Shown: piece by piece, positions 1-14,298 of the stretch
How the letters are laid out: each line of letters starts with the position of its first letter
How positions within the stretch are numbered: position 1 is the first letter of the stretch
Assembly (NCBI GenBank): GCA_030141605.1
Contig: JAQGDQ010000948.1
Location: 13,837 to 77,836, forward strand
Source of the DNA: Tubiluchus corallicola
Lineage: Eukaryota > Animalia > Priapulida
Reading direction: 5' to 3'
DNA length: 64,000 nucleotides
The notes under the pieces: model-generated
What the model was told of the DNA's origin: nothing
The model's database searches: none
The model's input: only the letters and a program-made list of their open reading frames with translations
Position numbers and translations under genes: made by a program

Positions 1-199
1 CTATAGTTTACATTATTAGTAGGTTGTCACGTGACTTTGTAACTCTTTCTAAATTAAGTATTTTCATTTCTATTTATTGTTTATTTATTTTATTTACTTA
101 AATAAGCAGCTACAGTAAAAATGAATTAAAACAATCTATTCACCGAATTTATGAAAAAGATCGCAGCTTCAATTTTTTCAGTTTCAAATTATGCAAACC

Positions 200-795
200 C
201 ATGAATGAACGAATCAATGAACGAAAGAACCAATAAATGTATTAGAGAATAAATGAACGAATGAGTAAACGAACGAACGAATGTATGTATGAGTGAATGA
301 ATAAACGAACGAATGAATGTACGAGTGAATAAATGAACGAATGAATGAACGAACGAACGAACCAATAAATGTATGAGTGAATAAATGAACGAATGTTTGA
401 ACGAACGAACGAGCGAGCGAACGGCCGAACGAACGAATGTATGTATGAGTGAATGAATAAACGAACGAATGAATGTACGAACGAACGAATGTATGTATGA
501 GTGAATTAACGAACGGACGAATGAGTGAATGAATAAACAAACGAATGAAAGAACGAACGAATGAACGAATGAATGAGTGAATGAACGAACGAATGAACGA
601 GCGAACGAATGAATGAATGTATGAGTGAATGAATAAACGAACGAATGAATGAATGAATAAACAAACGAATGAATGAATGAATGAGTGAATGAACGAACGA
701 ACGAGCGAACGAATGAATGCATGAGTAAATGAATGAACGAATGATTGACCGAACGAACGAACGAGCGATCAAATGTATGTATGAATGAACGAATG
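200..795. repeat. Degenerate (TGAA/CGAA)n tetranucleotide microsatellite
   Basis: Visible tandem gaat/gaac units; the overlapping ORFs are low-complexity HSF repeats. Confidence 0.9.
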
Positions 796-1588
796 CCCCA
801 TTTTGCTGTATTTCAGGCTTTCGTGTTATAAAAAGAGATTTTATGGAGGGAACTAGTAGCATAAACACGGTCAAGCTACATGCAAAGTTACGTGTTGCTT
901 ATTCTATTCATGTGTTTTACATGAAACCAGCATTAACTCTACGACCGTTTGAAGAAGCCAAGTTTTCACACTGCCTCCGCTCGCTTTCATACGTCGATAC
1001 AAAACTCAATATTCCAAATCTGGCTTCCTAATGCCGGAACTAGTATCCAAAATCAATGCAAAACGTTTGAAAACATCTTGTAGTCTTGCTTATTATTCAT
1101 AAGATAAATTGAGGTAAGAAAAAAGTAGGTCACGTGATTGAAGATTGGAGATCGATTAGTCGAAAACTCAGCTACGTTTATTATGAGAAACCTACCCTCG
1201 AGACAGAGAGGCACGACATTTGCAGGGTTAAAATTCCGCCATGTTGTTGACCAAAAATACCACACTCGTTTACCTCTTCTCCTAATTCCCGAATATTTAT
1301 TTATTTATTATTTATTTTATTTACTTAAATAAGCAGAAACAATAAAAAAGAATTAAAACAAAGTGCCACGTTCTACTCGCCGAATTAAAAAAAAACAATG
1401 GCGGCTTGGCAAAAAATACTGACATCACACTTGTTTACCAACTTCCCGAATATTTGTTTATTAATTATTTGTTTATTTTATTTACATAAATAATCACATT
1501 AGTTTACCTTTTTCTTCCTACTACCTGGTTCACATTTGAACAGAATTAGAGCATTAACTCGCTCGGTGTGTTTCGTGTGTAAACTTAA

Positions 1589-2261
1589 AGCACAAGAAAC
1601 CCTCCATAAACACAAAGTTTAAAAACTTTGTCTTGAAATTTCATACCACTTACGTACTACGTTTTTGCATACAGGGCTTGCGTCGGCAGTAATGCTGTAT
1701 AAAACATGTAAATTTAAACTCCCGCAATGACCATTAAGCGCAGCCGTTTTTATGGTAGGTAGTTTGAAACAAGTTTAGATAATATTGTGTGAAGTTTGAA
1801 AAAATAATCGGACCATTCGCAGCGCACAAGTCACTAATTAATTACTGTATCTTGTCAATAAGATTAAAAACACGTTTTTTGCTTAGTGAGTGGCGCACCC
1901 TGGAGGGTGAGTTAGCGACATTTTACCAATTGGTGAAAGCACTTTAAATTATTAAAAATTTTCTTTTCTAGTTACATAAGTGTTTTAAGCAGGTAAGCGA
2001 AATGCTAAGTAAGTAATATAGATTTGCATAGAAAGTTTTTGGGAACATAGTTTAACATTTCCTTTAACCTTCCCCTGATTTACGTGGCGTAGTGACGTCA
2101 TGTAATGGCGCCGTACAGACAGTATTGAGGGAGATTTAAAATGAAAACAAACCAAAAATCCTTTCAACGCGAGTACGATACACGCTTAAAATTGCTGTAA
2201 AGTAATATAATTTTTAGGGCGATTTTTCTGAAGTCTACTTCCGGTACCCTTTTCTTATGCT
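1589..2261 (+). mobile_element. Non-autonomous TTAA-flanked DNA transposon, family A (Kolobok-like MITE)
   Basis: TTAA|AGCACAAGAAA ... TTTCTTATGCT|TTAA termini; close homologue at 11827-12511. A second, truncated copy starts at 2266 and shares the TTAA. TTAA target plus RR..YY ends fits Kolobok. Confidence 0.75.
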
Positions 2262-2265
2262 TTAA

Positions 2266-2700
2266 AGCACAAGAAGCACCTCTTCATAAATAAACCTTAC
2301 AAATTCGTTTTGAAGTTTTATATCACTCTGCGTGCTGTCTTATTGAATGAAGAGATTGCATTAGCAGTAACGCTGTCTGAAACTTGTAAATTTAAACTCC
2401 CACGACAACCGTTACGCGCAGCCATTTAACGGTGAGTCTTTTGAAAATTAGATAAAATTGTGTTAAGTTTGAAAAAATTATCAGGGGATTCGTAGCACAC
2501 ACTTCACTAAGTGAGCAAAACTTCAAATGATCTTATACTGTTAATGAGATCAAAAATGTGTTTTTTGGTGAGTCAGTGGAGCACACTGGGATAGCGACGC
2601 AGTGCCGTTTTAGTATTTGGCGCGAATATTTTAAATTATTAACAAATTTTTTCACAATTACATAAGTCTTTTAAACATGCAAACGCAATATTATTAGATA
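2266..2700 (+). mobile_element. Family A MITE, diverged 3'-truncated copy
   Basis: Begins AGCACAAGAAG directly after the TTAA of the preceding copy; colinear with its 5' half. Confidence 0.65.
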
Positions 2701-2779
2701 ATGCGTTAAAATTCACTTCACTTTCCGTTTAACAAGTCATCTTCTAATTGTTACATGAAATGTGATTGGTTTGTTGCAG

Positions 2780-2881
2780 GTGTCGCTTTACTAATGTGGA
2801 ACGTGATTGGTTCAACAGATAAGCCACTCCTCCGCCTGTCAATCGTCATTTCCTGTGTTCATTATGGCATCCAGATTATTG
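2780..2881 (+). other. Possible 5' exon (ATG at 2864, MASRLL, followed by GTAAGT donor)
   Basis: ttgttgcag acceptor-like site, two nearby GATTGG (CCAAT) boxes and consensus donor TTG|GTAAGT at 2882; no downstream partner exon identified. Confidence 0.3.
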
Positions 2882-3049
2882 GTAAGTATTTAGATGAAAT
2901 TACTGTAAATTAGATTAAATTAAATTGTGCCAGTGTTGCAGTTTAAGCTAAAGTAAGGACACATAATTGTAGTTACTGCCCTGTAGAGGCTTTGACTACC
3001 ATGACTTTGTTTCCTGTTTATATCCTGCAGGGGGAAGCATAACCTGTGT

Positions 3050-3455
3050 ATTTTTTTAAAAAAAGAAGAAGTATTAAAGAGAGCTCTAGTTAATTTTTAA
3101 AGAAAGAAGAAGCATGAAATAAAGCACTGGTTAATTTTTAAAAAAGAAAAAGCATTAAATAAAGCTCCACTTTATTTTTAAAAAAGAATAAGCTTCAAAT
3201 AAAGCTGTAGCTAATTTTTAAAAAAAAGAAGAAGCATTAAATAAAGCCCTGGTTAATTTTTAAAAAAAAGCATTAAATAAAGCTCTAGTTAATTTTTAAA
3301 GAAAGAAGAAGCATTAAATAGAGCTCTAGTTAATTTTTAAAAAAAGAAGCTTTAAATAAAGCTCTAGTTAATTTTTAAAAAAAGAAGCTTTAAATAAAGT
3401 TCTAGTTAATTTTTTAAAAAAAAAGCTTTAAATAAAGCTCTATTTAATTTTTAAC
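3050..3455. repeat. AT-rich ~40-bp minisatellite
   Basis: Repeated ttaaataaagctctagttaatttttaaaaaagaagc, about 10 copies. Confidence 0.85.
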
Positions 3456-3869
3456 TAGTGCTGAGAACAAGCCTTAAAGTTCTTCGACTTTTGAACTTTT
3501 TAGTGCTGCCACCTATAGTGGATGTTGTCAAGTAATCGTCTATTACGACTGGCAATATTGTTGTAAACTAATAACGTTAGAATAAGTAAATTATGATCTT
3601 GCTTTCACGGTGCCATGTAACCTTTCAAGCGTCGTGAATTATTTATGTAGAACTTTGCGTTACGAGCTGCAGCAATACCGTTAACTGCTTTGTAGCCCGT
3701 AATGTAATAAGAAGTTTCACATTTTATGGGTAGCAAAATTATTTATCCGATCAAGTAAAGGGTTAGTTCTTTCAACAATTTCAATGACCTTTAAAAAGAA
3801 AACCGGAGGCAATTATCGAAAAAATTGAATGTGATGCCACATAGCTTTAGAGGGAGGGAGGGATTTAGA

Positions 3870-3988
<119 letters not shown>

Positions 3989-4361
3989 CTGTGAAAATAA
4001 GCCAGTCAAAAATAGTCATTAGAGAAATATAACGAATTGTATAAATTGTGGCCACACTAATAATACACTTTATTAACAAAATTCAAATTTAATTGTTACA
4101 CTTTACATTTCAAATTAAGTTACAAATCATAACAAAAATAATCACATAATTCACAGCACTTTAAAAGAATAATCTCACATACAGGCCTATATAAAAAACA
4201 AGAAAAAAGGGATCGCCCTTATGTGGTACTTGCAGATAGGTGGTCTCTGATCAGCGGTGACACTTCCTTTTTATAGGCAAGGTTAACTAAACGCATACAT
4301 GAACGAAGCATACGATCTAAATAATATTGTAAGGCCACCAAAGAAGCCAGGCTTGGTTTAA

Positions 4362-5295
4362 AGCGGATTTTCCGACAACAATCTTAAACTATATCTCAAA
4401 ACAATCTACCCTATAAAATACTGAAAAGGGAACGTATTGTTTTTTCAAGAATGGCTTACGCGAAAGAATTAGTATCACAGAAACGTAATTTTGAGTTCGT
4501 GCGCCTAACTTTTCGCTCTTACGTGTACTTGACCATTGGCTAGCTAGGTGGGGACTAGCGCCTGCATCTCAGAAACACGTTCCACAGAAAAAAACAGGTG
4601 CCATACTTCTCAGTTCAAACTTGTTCAGTTGTGACGCAATGCGCACTTTGGAGAGCTCATGCATGGGTACAGCAGTAAACCTGAAATTTGAATTTTCAAC
4701 TTAAATTTGCCGAGTTTTTGTATATCACACAGAAGGTTGAACAGTAGTACTGTACTTCAATTTTTACTTTTGCAAACACACGCAACACGTTCATGAAATG
4801 TCTGTGCTGTTGAAAATTATGTTCATTTGTGATGTCATTACTAGTTGGGCTCACCCATCATTAATTATGCTTTTAACCTATTGTTTAATGATCAGAAACG
4901 TTTTGGCATTATTATAGGTATTAAAATGTACACTTTTTACCTTACTTTACAATGGGGTATTATTATAGGTGTTAAAATGTACACTTTTTTACGTTACTTC
5001 AAAATGGGGTATTATTATAGGTGTTAAAATGTACACTTTTTTACGTTACTTCAAAATGGGGTATTATTATAGGTGTTAAAATGTACACTTTTTTACGTTA
5101 CTTCAAAATGGGGTATTATTATAGGTGTTAAAATGTACACTTTTTACCTTACTTCAAAATGGGGCATTCTTATAGGTGTTAAAATGTACACTTTTTTACC
5201 TTACTTCAAAATGGGGTATTATTATAGGTGTTAAAATGTACACTTTTTTACCTTACTTCAAAATGGTGTATGATGTGAAAAATCACCGTTTTCTT
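4362..5295 (-). mobile_element. TTAA-flanked MITE family C (Kolobok-like) with internal 60-bp tandem amplification (~4900-5270)
   Basis: Reverse-complement match to 55767-56360; TTAA at both ends; about six copies of ggggtattattataggtgttaaaatgtacacttttttacgttacttcaaaat. Confidence 0.7.
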
Positions 5296-5441
5296 TTAAG
5301 CACTGTGTTAGTACCAACTGTGCTACGAATTGTATCGTACAGCTCTGGGTTGATCTAAGATGCAAGATGGTTGTATCTTGCAGTCTGTTGCGTCATTTCA
5401 ATGTCTAGCCGATTCTCTTAAAACCTGCCTCGATAACAGTT

Positions 5442-5510
5442 GCCTGTGTAGTCTAATGGTCATGGCGATGCACTTGTAATACAGAGGTTCGGGTTCAAAT
5501 ACAAGCAGTC
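5442..5510 (+). pseudogene. Degenerate tRNA-like sequence or SINE head
   Basis: A-box-like TAGTCTAATGG, CTTGTAA loop, B-box-like GGTTCAAATAC; acceptor stem poorly paired. Confidence 0.4.
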
Positions 5511-6289
5511 TCGTGTTTAGTGTCTGTCAGGCGTTTCATAATAGAGCGAGATTAAAACAATTTAAAAATAATTAAATTAATTAAACGATTACAAATTATA
5601 ATTAAGCACACCATGTAATCAATAAGCACACTCACTTACCGATAGTTAAGTCCGCCTTTCTGCAACACTTAAGCTCACAGTATATGTAAGAGGCATTTCC
5701 TGTGTTAAGACAAGGAACCTCCAACAGCTTAGTAGCGTCTGATGTATTTTAATACTCAAGGGTTAGCAGTCATTGACCTCCGCACGTGGGTTTAATGAGA
5801 TGTTCAGTCATTACCCAATCAACATACTTTGTCCGTACAGACATAAACAGCTCCACCAATTGGACCAATCATCATCCAGTGGCCAGAACAACAGATGCTC
5901 GTTGCTAGGTTTCCAAGTCAGCAGAGGCTCGTTGTTAGGTTTCCAAGTCAGCAGAGGCTCGTTCTTAGGGAAAGCTATTTATAACTGTGAGGTGATGGCT
6001 AAGATTAGTGTGCCTAAATTTAGTGCCAGGAAATTGTATATGATTCTTTCACGAAAATCATTTCTATAAAAACTATGTTCCTTTAAATGTTTTATGGTGT
6101 AAATCATTTTGAGCTGTAGTTTAAAATTGGGTCTGGTTTTCTTTAATGCATAAGAAATTTTTTTCATAAGTAAGGCTTTAAAAATTCGTCTTGAAAGTTT
6201 AACATCACTTACATACAATATTATTGCATACAGAACTTGCATTAGCAGTATCGGTGTAAAAAAACCTGAAAACTTAGCATTTCTCATAC

Positions 6290-6694
6290 CTGCTCGAAAG
6301 ACTTATGTAACTAGAAATATTAATTTAAAATATTCTTGCCAATTGGTAAAATGTCGTTGGCTTACCCTCCAGGGTGCGCCACTCACTAACAAAAAACATA
6401 CTTTTAATCTTATTGACAAGATACAGTAATTTGAAATTTTACTTAGTTAGTGATGTGCGCTACGAATGCTCTGATTATTTTTTCAAACTTCACACAATGT
6501 TATCTAAACTTGTTTCAAACGATCTACCATCATAATGGCTGCGCCTAACGGTCATCGCCGGAGTTTAAATTTACAAGTTTTATATGGCGCTACTGCCGAA
6601 GCAAGCCCTGCATGCAAAAACGCAGTACGTAAGTGGTATAAAATTTCAAGACGAATTTTTTAAGCTTCATGTGAGTGGAGAGGTTTCTTGTGCT
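6290..6694 (-). mobile_element. Family A MITE, partial inverted copy
   Basis: Ends tttcttgtgct|TTAA; reverse complement of 1589-2000. Confidence 0.7.
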
Positions 6695-7232
6695 TTAAGA
6701 CGTGCTCACAGTTGAACTTTGTCAAGAAAAGCTTTCGCTTTGTGCAATACGTAACTAACGTTGGTTGTTGCACGTTTGCATCCCCAAAATTCTCAGAAAT
6801 GCGCTAATTTTGATGTAACATCTTTTACCTTTTAGCAATTTCTTAATATAATTAGAACAATCTAATTACGACTCAGATGAATGTCCTTATAAGGTTTCTA
6901 CTTGCCTACCAAAGCTCATTTCAAGTTTTTTAGAACATTAGCACTCAAGATTAGTCAGCCTAACGCAAGGTTAAAATGTCCTCACGTTCTGTTACTTAAG
7001 TAATTTTAAAAAACCTTGATTCTTTGGCGATTTTAAAAACTGCAAAGTTAGCACTTGTGGGTTATCGTAACTTTGATGAAAACGAAATAATGTAATTAGA
7101 GAATTATTCGAGTTGAATAACCTTTCTGGATTCCCATTTCTCTTGCGTTGCAAATTTAAACACAAGATGTAGGCTAGTGCAAACAGTTAATATAGTATCC
7201 CAGAATGCCTTACAGTGAGTTTTTTCTTTTAA

Positions 7233-7754
7233 AGGAAGACCGGACGATTGTTTAGACTCTATTTCATTTTATTTGCTGTCCAAAATATGTATCTTCTTGC
7301 CTGTAAAAGTTACCAATTGTTCCTTATATTTGAATAATTAGCTTAGAAAGTTAATTAACGGCAACCGAACACAGTTATTGTTTACATAAGAAACTAACCA
7401 CAGTTTGTGCAATGGCAGGCGTCTTCCCTTGCGCGTAAAGCACATTTGCATAAGTGTTACAGTACTGTTTAAACGCGTGATGTCACGAAAAATGGGCTTT
7501 ACATCATATGACGTCAGAAACTAACACTGCAGTTCATGATCATGCTTATCACGGTACCGCCTTCTATTTGTCGGCCACGCGCACATGACAAAAAAGCGCC
7601 GTCGCCAATCTTAGTAGATTCACTGAACCGCGCGTAGCTTTGAAAGTTTAACGAAATTTGAGTATCCGAGGTAATTATTAGTTAATCTAAGCTTTGATTT
7701 AAAACAGCTATTGTAGTTTCTGAACTCGTGTTCACACAATCATCCGGTTTTCCT
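7233..7754 (+). mobile_element. TTAA-flanked MITE family B (Kolobok-like)
   Basis: TTAA|AGGAAGACCGGACGATTG ... CAATCATCCGGTTTTCCT|TTAA TIRs; copies at 10509-11159, 51061-51355 (-) and 63062-63608. Confidence 0.8.
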
Positions 7755-8032
7755 TTAAGTTTTGAGAAGGACATTTTGTGCACTACTGTGTACTAAATTG
7801 TGAGAACACTTATTATCATCAGTTATCTTCATGTGTAGTTAGTTACGAAACATAAGCGGCACGAGACTTGTTTGCAAAAGGATAGATGACTACTTGGAAG
7901 ACGGCTTCTCGGTGTTTTTTTGTCATATTGTTTCTGGCTATATTGTTATTCTCTATATAAAAAACTAGAAATCTTAAGCCTAAGAATGTGAATGTTATTT
8001 TTAAAGATATTTAAATTTTCCGTACACCTTAA

Positions 8033-8502
8033 AGAACAAGAAAATGGCCAACCAAAGTAAGCCTCAGAAAATTCGCAATAAAAAATTGTATCACCTAAGT
8101 ATAATCTTAAGCGAGTAAAGTACTCACGTTTTTACATTTACTCCAATTTGTGTAAAATATTTCAACCGCTGCAGTAAACGTTGCGGCAGACATGTTTCAT
8201 TAGTCCGCCAATTGAAAAGCTAGCATGTGACTGATCACGTGGCATGACGTCACTCGAACACATTCGCAGTGAGTTCTGAGCAGGTGTACTATAAAGATTT
8301 GTGTTGTGGTTCTGTGACGCCATCTAATATGGCGCCGCCGTGACAGTCTCGCCGGAGTATTTTTAAATATTTTTAAAAAATGAAAACAAACAGGAAATTC
8401 TTTTAACGTGAGTATGATAAACGCTTAAGATTGCCACTAACCGTTATAATTCTTTAGCGAAAATTTTCTGAGACTTTCTTTAACTAGGCCTTTTCTTGTC
8501 CT
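8033..8502. mobile_element. Symmetric (right-end/right-end) derivative of MITE family A
   Basis: TTAA|AGAACAAGAAAATGGCC ... GGCCTTTTCTTGTCCT|TTAA; both arms resemble the family A right end. Confidence 0.6.
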
Positions 8503-9129
8503 TTAAGGTAATGACAAAGAACAATGACTGCTAGAGTCAAAACGATCGTCTACCCTCAGTAACCATGTTGACTCAGAAGCGTACCTAATACTAGGCTGCA
8601 TTCAAATTTTTCATAAAATTCCTGGATCAGGGCGCGTACGCGTAAAATCGCTAAAGTATTTATGGGATAGCTCGCTGCGATATTGATTTTTACTACAGAA
8701 GCGTAAGCGAGCCAACCCACAAAGGACGCTATGCAGATTTGCCCGCTGATTCAAATTCATAAGTAAATTTTAGTCAGTAGTTGACATAATTAGGGTTTCG
8801 TGCTGCGTTTATACAGCGAACAAATATGGCGCTAATTAAATTGGCGACGAGCACAATGGACAGTTGATGATTGATATGAGATATTTCACATGTCTGTTTT
8901 GTATTTACGCCTTACATTAATGCAGCGTTCCGTCGGCTTGTGAAAATGATGGCAGTCGCAAGGCACAATATTGAAATATTGTTCTGTGTGTTTAATTAAC
9001 GAAATTGTAGCAAAGTTTGGAGGGAAAAGTGTTAATAGTGTTTTGTGATGTAAAATAATATTTGGTCTGTCATTGCTGCTGCTAGGTTTACTGCTATTAC
9101 TGCTACTGAAACTGTCATTGTGACTGCCA

Positions 9130-9845
<716 letters not shown>

Positions 9846-9969
9846 GATGCTAAGTAGAAGATTTAATGAAGAGTTTAACAAAGTCTTTTGCTCCCCCATT
9901 AAGTCTCGTTCACAACCGACGTGCGGTAAATTCCCCCACGGTGTTAATTTCGATCGTTTTACATTGCAG

Positions 9970-10202
9970 GAATCATTGTAACAATGGTGCACCTGGGACA
10001 CTACTGCTCCAATCCTCTACCATTCACAATATGTCGGATCGTTCAAATCATCATTGGTCGTATTTACTACGGAGGGCTGATGAAGGTCTACAAGTCGACG
10101 GTCATCAATCCGGAGGCTGGAATACGAAAGTCCGAATCATTCGGAAACCTGGCTGACCTGCGACACCGGTTTAGCATGCAGAATGACAAAAAGGTCCTGT
10201 AG
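9970..10202 (+). CDS. Putative terminal coding exon of an unidentified (ER membrane?) protein
   Basis: ttttacattgcag acceptor, phase 1, open to TAG at 10202; IIVTMVHLGHYCSNPLPFTICRIVQIIIGRIYYGGL...LRHRFSMQNDKKVL* ends in a KKxx motif; more GC-rich than its flanks. Upstream exons not found. Confidence 0.35.
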
Positions 10203-10508
10203 GATTGAGAACGTTTTCCAACATGTGAATTGTCTTACTTTTTTGCCAAGAGATGGCGGTAAAATGGCATGCAGTTCGTAAAATATTGCACCACGCGGTA
10301 CAAAAATTTCGGAATAAGGAGAATTTGACGTTGTTTCTCTTTCCTGAGAGAGGATATGTTTGATGTAATTGTTGATGCAATCTATTCATGGAAATTCCTT
10401 GCTGCATTTTGACATGCTTAGGCTGTTATCTGAATTTGTTGAGTACTTAATTTGCTTGTACTTAGGGACGCTAAAACAGGTAAAAAGAAATTGTACATCT
10501 GGGCTTAA

Positions 10509-11159
10509 AGGAAAATCGGACGATTGATTAGAATTTACTATACTTTACTATAATTTAAATATACATTTTCTTGCCTATAAAGTTAGCAATTGTTTCTAAT
10601 ATTTGAATAATTAACTTAGAAAGTTAATTAACGTCAACCGAACACAGCTGTTGCTTACGTCAGAAACTAGCCACAGTTTGTACAATGGCAGGCATCTTCC
10701 CTTGCGCGTCAAGCACGTTTGCGTGTTACTGCTTAAACGCGTGATGTCAGGAAAATGGGCCCTACGTCATATGACGTCAGCAACTAACCACAGTTTGTAC
10801 AATGGTAGGTATCTTCCCGTGCGCATCAAACATGTTTGCCTGTTACTGCTTAAATGCGTGATGTCACGAAAAAGGGCGCTACGTCACATGACGTCAGAAA
10901 CTAACACTGCAGTTTATGATCGTGGTTATCACGGTACCACCTTCTATTTGCCGGTGCCGCACATGTGACAAAAAGGCGCCGTTGCCAATCTTAGTAGATT
11001 CACTGAGCCGCGCGTAGCTTTGAAAGTTTAACAAAACTCGAGTATCCGAGGTAATTATTATTTAATCTAAGCTTTGATTTAAAATAAGCTATTGTAGTTT
11101 TCAATATTTTAGAGCATTCTTATTCTGAACTCGTGTTCACACAATCATCCGGTTTTCCT
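10509..11159 (+). mobile_element. MITE family B with internal ~120-bp duplication
   Basis: Same TIRs and TTAA flanks as 7233-7754; the block cacagtttgtacaatgg...gacgtcag occurs twice. Confidence 0.8.
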
Positions 11160-11279
11160 TTAACAAACATGTCGAGCAGCACTCTTACTCGCAAACTCTC
11201 TAATTCTACGTCCCAAATATTTGAAGGACCCCTGAGCCTCAGTTCTGGTAAAAGGTGTTCAGATTTGATTTTCTTTTCC

Positions 11280-11676
11280 CTTGACAGGTCTACAGCTGCT
11301 GCCATCTGTCGTCAAATAATTATACTATTAAATTTTCATAGTATTTTACACCTAAGGATGGGTAGTCACCACACAAATAAATGAGTAGTACTACTTGTAC
11401 ACCTGTACAGGAACCATCTAATCAAAAGTACCTTAGAACTCTACTTGACAGGTCTACAGCTGCCGCCATCTGTCGTCAAATAATTATACTATTAAATTTT
11501 CATACTATTTTGCACATAAAGATGGGTAGTCACCACACAAATAAATGAGTAGTACTGGAACCATCTAATCAAAAGTTTGTGTTATGTATACCTTGCCTAC
11601 TACGAAAGATTTCATAGTATAATTATTTCATGACAGATGGCGCCAGCTGTAGACCTGGCAAGTACAGTTCTAATGT
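11280..11676. repeat. Direct duplication plus ~60-bp inverted arms (palindromic MITE-like element)
   Basis: cttgacaggtctacagctgc.gccatctgtcgtcaaataattatactat at 11280 and 11445; inverted copy at ~11614-11676. Confidence 0.6.
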
Positions 11677-11826
11677 TCTTAGACTGAGAATTTTTCTCAT
11701 TTTGCTTTCGTTAAAACTGTGCGATTGTTGATTTCAATGGACTCTACGGCTATGAAACAGACTACAGAGTTATAAATTTTGTTTCTCGCGAATACAATGG
11801 ATTCGTCATCCATTGATAATCATTAA

Positions 11827-12511
11827 AGCACAAGAAAACCCTTCATAAACATAAAGCTTAAAAAATTCGTTTTGAAATTTTATATCACTTACATACTGCC
11901 TTTTTGCACGTAGGGCTTCAATCAGCAGTCACTTTGTATAAAACATATAAATTTAAACTCCCGCGATGACCGTTGCATGCAGCCATTTTCACGACGGGTC
12001 ATTTGAAACAAGTTTAGATAACATTTTGTAAAGTTTTAAAAATATAATAAGAGCATTCGTAGCGCACGAGTCACTAACTAAATAAAATTTAAAATTACTG
12101 TATCTTGTCAATAAGATTAAAAATACGTTTTTTGGTCAGTGAGTGGCGCACCCTGTAGGGTGAGTCAGCGACATTTTACCAATTGTTGAAAACATTTTAA
12201 ATAATTAATAATTTTCTTTTCTAGTTACATAAGTCTTTCTAGTAGGCAAGCGAAAATCTAAGTAATATAGATTTGCACGGAAAGTCTTTTGAGACATAAT
12301 TTAACATTGCTTTTTCTTCCCTTGATTTACGTTTGGTACATGACGTCATATAATGGCTCGGTCGGTACAGTATTGCGGGAGATTTAAAATGAAAACAAAC
12401 AAAAAATTCCTTTCACCGCGAGTACGATATACGCATAAAATTGCTATAAAGTAATATAATTTTTAAGGCGATTTTTCTGAAACCAACTTCAGGTATCCCT
12501 TTTCTTGTCCT
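11827..12511 (+). mobile_element. MITE family A, full-length
   Basis: TTAA|AGCACAAGAAAA ... TTTTCTTGTCCT|TTAA; colinear with 1589-2261. Confidence 0.8.
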
Positions 12512-13075
12512 TTAACTAAACAACTTAATTATGCCTGATACTTTTGCTATCTTCTAGTACTCAGGTAACCATGTTACCTTGTCACCCAGGTAATTGGGTA
12601 ATGTCGAATTTAATTACAAGTTTCCGGTCAGTGATTGGCTAAGGTTATTGGGCCTATTTTTCCGTGATGTTGTAAATTTGTGCACTACTTTATGCATGTA
12701 TGTTATGTATACTGTTTTATACCCTTATACACGATTTCTCACCACACCACTGTATATACATGTTCCATTATTTAATATACATATATGTACATTATATAAT
12801 TATATATTTAAGTGAGTTAAATTTGTGAAACATTTGCTATCAATATTTATAAGTGTCAGTCTGTGATTCTCCGTTTTATGTAAAGATCATGCTGTTTGTA
12901 ATAGTGTCGTCACGTCCCGACCGATGGCGCCACAAGCAAGTTGGTAAAATGAGAATTATTATATACATGTTTGTATAAGTATTGTTCACGTTTTCCCTAA
13001 TAGATTATCAACAAGCGTTATAAAAATGTTGCGTTTTGCCTTACTATTTCTTTTGCAGGTTTACAATTCATCCTG

Positions 13076-13500
13076 AGGGAAGACAGGATGATTTTCCATA
13101 TGCTATCCCATTTCAAGTTCATTAAAAAGCATAAATTTTAACACATTTAACACAGCATAAGCGTTTCTGATAATTAAATAATAGATATTTATTAAAGGCT
13201 GGCGAGCCTAACTAGTGATGACATCACAAACTAACACAATTTTCAACGGGAAAAATATTCCACGAGCGTGTTGCACGTGTTTGCGAAAGTGAAAATTGAA
13301 GTACATTGCTACTGTAAGAGATTCAGTGTGCTGTACTAAATTTAGGCAATTTTTAAGATAAAAATTCAAATTTCAAATTTACCGCTATGCTCACGCATGA
13401 GCTGTCGAACGTGTGCAGTTCATCACAAACAAACACATCTGAACTGAGAAGTACAGCACGTTTTTTTCTATAATGCGTTTCCCAAATGCAGACGCTTACT
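13076..13500 (+). mobile_element. MITE family C, partial
   Basis: gaagacaggatgattttccatatgctatcccatttcaag... matches the left ends at 55767 and 59085. Confidence 0.65.
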
Positions 13501-13533
13501 TACACACGACCTGTCGATCATGTGCGGTTCTGA

Positions 13534-13565
<32 letters not shown>

Positions 13566-13771
13566 ATATATATTGCAATGACGGCATTATATATATATAT
13601 ATAACTGGCATGTAACTTACGTGCTGGACTCCGAACAAGAGAAATTTCTTTATTTGCTCTTACCACAACTACAGTAGTCAAAGGTTTAATACACTTGTAA
13701 ATACGTACGTGTTTGAGCTTAGGACTTTGTGCCTTAGTCTGTGATACCGGGGATCTCTAGCAGCTTACACC

Positions 13772-14029
13772 ATGAATCAAAGCGAAGTTGAGAAATTGCT
13801 GCCAAAATTTATTGAGAAATATGAAGACATTTGTCTGCCAAGATTCATGGTTCCGTTCATGCCGTCCGTGAGGAACTTGGAAGTGCGAGATGATGACATT
13901 TTTATCTTGACGTACCCAAAATGTGGTAAGATGTAGAAGTAGTGGAATTAAAATACTGGTTTGGATGGAGAGAGAGAGAGATAGAGAGAGAAAGAGAGAG
14001 AGAGAGACAGAGAGAGGGGGGAGGGAGGC

Positions 14030-14110
<81 letters not shown>

Positions 14111-14159
14111 AGGCAGGGAGAGAGAGAGAGAGAGAGACAGAGAGAGAGAGAGAAAGAGG

Positions 14160-14193
<34 letters not shown>

Positions 14194-14218
14194 AACAGAC
14201 ACCGAGAGAAAGAGAGAC

Positions 14219-14298
<80 letters not shown>

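Noticed and set aside
7840-7970. Possible upstream exon of the 9970 orphan exon (LRNISGTRLVCKRIDDYLEDGFS)
   Set aside because: No convincing phase-compatible donor.
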